From Pirellulales bacterium (GTDB lineage: Bacteria > Planctomycetota > Planctomycetia > Pirellulales > PALSA-1355), in assembly GCA_963733035.1 (NCBI GenBank), contig CAVTBU010000005.1, forward strand, positions 320,001 to 384,000: a DNA stretch of 64,000 nucleotides. The letters run 5' to 3'. Below are positions 61,124-64,000 of the stretch, piece after piece. The position numbers were made by a program, and so were the translations under genes. Each line of letters starts with the position of its first letter. Positions within the stretch are counted from its first letter, which is position 1. The notes below the pieces were generated by a model. The model did no database searches. It worked only from the letters and a program-made list of their open reading frames with translations, and was not told the DNA's origin.

Positions 61124-63226
61124 TCAGATCGTGAGGTTCATGAGATATTCGTCCAGCGATTCCCGTTGGCGGGTTTCCTCGTCGGTGAGTTTCTTGATCT
61201 CATCCCGCAGACTTTCAACCGTGGTCTCCTGCTCGCCGAACTTTTGAACGTAGCGGCGATAGAGGTCGGAATTGCGGTCGAGCTGCCCCATGTTCTGACG
61301 AATACGAGTCTGCTCCTGAGTGATCTCGCCGATCTGGCCCGTTAGTTGCTCGCGGCTTTGGGCGACTTGCTGCAAGGCGTGTTTCCGCTTGACGACTTCT
61401 TGCAAGGCTGCCTTCACCTCGGGCCGGATCACCTTTTGGCTCGTGAAGAAGGCAATTGCACTGTCGTCGAGATTGGTCAGCGCCAGGGACTGTTGCACAA
61501 CTTGTTCCTCGACGACATCCAGCGTGACCGGTTTACCGGGTTCGGCAGTCACGGCAAACCGGTAGCGATCGCGGGTTTTTTCCGTCGGCTCGTGAGGCGA
61601 GACAAGCTTCCAATTGGCCTGCAGCGGCTGCTCGATCAGCACGGTCTTGGCCTTCGCATCGGAATTCTTCACCGTGTAGTCAGTCTCGCGCACGTATTTC
61701 CGAGTGACTTCGAGCGTACCCTTGACGATCTTGACGTTGGTCACCTGCTCAGGATGGCCCTTGCTCTGAGGGGCGACCTCGGTCTTCAGGTCCAGGGCGT
61801 AGCTCAGCAGGCGCTCGGCGCCAGGGGCCAGATCTTCGATCTTGGCGTCGCCCGCGTACGTGGCGCCGTCGAATACCGTGATCGGTCCCTGCATCAAGTT
61901 CAGGTCGGTCGAATTGACCAGCCGCAATCCGTTGAGTGGGTGCTTGGCCTGCACCGCCTGGTTGTAGATCGACACCTTTTCGCCTTCAACGCTTTCATTG
62001 ACGATCGGCAACATGGCCGACTTCTGCCGGGCCAGCTTAACCGGCCCATCGATCACGTATTGAAACAGTTCGCCCACGTCACCGCCCTGAGCTGCGCTGA
62101 CCGACCCCTGTAGAGACAGCTCTGATGTACCGAGCGTGTCAGCCGGCGCTGCGGCAGGCGCGGCGACGTCGCCGACGATCTTCGCACCCTGGGCGTAGAG
62201 CGCTGGTCCCCTCGCGCTGCCGCTAACGCCCCCCGGCCGCGCACGATTCTCGCCCGCGGCTCGCTTCAACTGTTCCACCTTTGCCAAGTCATCACCATAG
62301 ACTTGCGGTCGAAGCGCGGCATACAGCTCGAGCTGTTCCAGTGGCCGCTGCACGTACAGGGGCTCATAGAGGTCCATGCGGTAGGAAATCGGTCGGCCGC
62401 TGACCAGCGTCAATTGCACGTCGATCCAATCTTCCTCGGTCGTGTTTTCGACGATGGCCCAGCCTTGCAGAAAGGGCTTGCCCCGCTCGTCAAGCACCAG
62501 CCGATAGCTGGTTTTCCAGACGGGCGTCTCTTGGATATAGCCCACTCGCACGGGGCGCTTGCCGGTGCCGAGAAAATCGAGCGTGACCGATTTCTTGTCG
62601 TTGTTATGGCCCGTGGCCAGCACGGCTAGCGCCTGGTGAAAGTCCTTGTCGAGTTCGGCATTCAGCAGCTTGATGCGGCTAATCGAATCCATCGGCAAGC
62701 TGCGGAGGCCCTCGTCGGTCAGCAGGTTCAGAAATTCGACCTCAACCACTTCATCCTTGCCGGCCTCCTTCTTCCGCTTCTCGACGCCGAGCAGTGTTCC
62801 GCTGGTGGCCGCGGGTGCGTCGATTTGCACGCGTTCGCCGCGAACCTGGTTGAGAATGTCGGCCAGCGTGGGGTTGTTGGTCAGGTCAATCGGAAAGGTT
62901 TGCAGCGTCTTGGTGATCGGATCGCGCGAGCCGTAGGTGACGGTTGAGATTTTTCCACCGCCGCGGTCTTCCAGAATCATGCTTTTCAGCAGGTCGTTGA
63001 TGTCGTCGACATTGAACCGCAGCTCAATTTTTGCGTTGCCGTCAACTTCTCCCTGCCGTTCGAAATAGCCGACACCGGACGTGAACATCACCACTTTGCC
63101 GAGCGGTACACGATCGGCGACCGCCTGGTGCTTGTCGTCTTGCGCAATACCAAGCGGGGCCGACAGGGCGACCATTGAAAGTGCGACAAAACTGAACCGC
63201 AAGCCGCGCGCAACGGTGGTCAACAT
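61124..63226 (-). CDS. DUF4139 domain exported protein
   Basis: VVMFTSGVGYFER, INDLLKS, WKTSYRL, GWAIVENTTEEDW..V.LTLVSG. Confidence 0.85.
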   Translation of the reverse strand: MLTTVARGLRFSFVALSMVALSAPLGIAQDDKHQAVADRVPLGKVVMFTSGVGYFERQGEVDGNAKIELRFNVDDINDLLKSMILEDRGGGKISTVTYGSRDPITKTLQTFPIDLTNNPTLADILNQVRGERVQIDAPAATSGTLLGVEKRKKEAGKDEVVEVEFLNLLTDEGLRSLPMDSISRIKLLNAELDKDFHQALAVLATGHNNDKKSVTLDFLGTGKRPVRVGYIQETPVWKTSYRLVLDERGKPFLQGWAIVENTTEEDWIDVQLTLVSGRPISYRMDLYEPLYVQRPLEQLELYAALRPQVYGDDLAKVEQLKRAAGENRARPGGVSGSARGPALYAQGAKIVGDVAAPAAAPADTLGTSELSLQGSVSAAQGGDVGELFQYVIDGPVKLARQKSAMLPIVNESVEGEKVSIYNQAVQAKHPLNGLRLVNSTDLNLMQGPITVFDGATYAGDAKIEDLAPGAERLLSYALDLKTEVAPQSKGHPEQVTNVKIVKGTLEVTRKYVRETDYTVKNSDAKAKTVLIEQPLQANWKLVSPHEPTEKTRDRYRFAVTAEPGKPVTLDVVEEQVVQQSLALTNLDDSAIAFFTSQKVIRPEVKAALQEVVKRKHALQQVAQSREQLTGQIGEITQEQTRIRQNMGQLDRNSDLYRRYVQKFGEQETTVESLRDEIKKLTDEETRQRESLDEYLMNLTI

Positions 63227-63418
63227 GGCAGTAGAGCTCCCAACTTTGTGTTCCGGTGCCTAGAGCGAACCGGGAAGTGCTTTCCCCCGGCAGAATGCCC
63301 CCTAGCAGGCAATTCTAGCTCTTCGACGCTAGAGACGGGACCAAAGTTCCCAGCGGAATTTGGGAAATTGGCGAAAAGACGCGGCCCCTTGGCGGCACTA
63401 GCTGATTGTCGGCCGCGG

Positions 63419-64000
63419 CTAGCCGAAGAACGGCCGCAATGTCTCGATTGCGGTGATCGTGGCGAGCACGGAGAAGAAGATTCCGCCGATGAGCAAGCCA
63501 ATCCGCGAAATCCAGCCGGGCCGGAGTTCGGGCGGCAACAGCGTAACGTTGATCACCAGGGTATGGAAACAACTGAATCCGAGCGCGAAGTTCATGATGG
63601 TGGTCGCCGTGGTCAACAGGCCTAGCGGCTTACCGGTGGAGAGCAGCACCAAACCCAACAACATGTATCCCATGAGCACACCGAAATAGACTACTCGAAT
63701 GTGTTTGGGATCCCAGTTTCGCAGTCGAGGGCTCGAAGTCCAGATCACATCCACCCAGCGACGGATCGCGCCGTCGGCACTGGTGGCCATGGTGGGAGCG
63801 AGCACAAGGAAGCCGCACAACAGCGTGCCGTACCACATGATCGTGCCGGCCGTCACGCCCCAACTGGCCGCGACCGTGGAACGCACCCCATCGGCCGTCA
63901 TGCCCGCGGCATACCAGTCGCTGGCCTCGGTTCCGCGCGGCAGGAACTGCACCGACAGCATGCTCGGCAGAGCCATGCCCAGAAAACAAGCTGGCATCCA
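63419..64000 (-). CDS. Nramp/APC-type transporter, C-terminal part (5' end outside the window)
   Basis: Multiple TMs, DGAIRRWVD, NFALG, N..LLPPELRP. Confidence 0.65.
   Translation of the reverse strand, partial: WMPACFLGMALPSMLSVQFLPRGTEASDWYAAGMTADGVRSTVAASWGVTAGTIMWYGTLLCGFLVLAPTMATSADGAIRRWVDVIWTSSPRLRNWDPKHIRVVYFGVLMGYMLLGLVLLSTGKPLGLLTTATTIMNFALGFSCFHTLVINVTLLPPELRPGWISRIGLLIGGIFFSVLATITAIETLRPFFG

Overview
GC-rich, gene-dense bacterial chromosome segment. The gene content (GYF/DUF4339, Aas-like, sulfatase, ceramidase-like, redoxin-Cu monooxygenase, PDZ-bearing YidC) suggests a Planctomycetota, probably Pirellulales-like, genome (inference). It holds about 48 CDS/CDS fragments and one tRNA-Ala(GGC); no CRISPR, rRNA, transposase or integrase is visible. 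Main blocks: (1) an envelope glycosylation locus with three GT-C-type membrane proteins and a GT2, built around a prenyltransferase-repeat/DUF362 pair; (2) an exported redoxin-heme c-PHM-type dicopper monooxygenase with an extra GAF-like tail; (3) yidC-mnmE; (4) tRNA-Ala followed by two 5'-truncated genes fused in opposite orientation; (5) a KamA radical-SAM aminomutase with two Ddl-like ATP-grasp ligases, split by a C1 peptidase/alpha-beta hydrolase fusion, the best candidate for an undescribed beta-amino-acid peptide pathway; (6) MoxR-DUF58-DUF4129-HEAT/VWA; (7) NagB-like plus PIG-L, STAS plus RsbW, and catabolic genes. Six genes carry apparent frameshifts, five at or beside GCGC, which suggests systematic (possibly methylation-linked) sequencing errors rather than pseudogenes. 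All family calls come from motif recognition by eye; no database searches were run.
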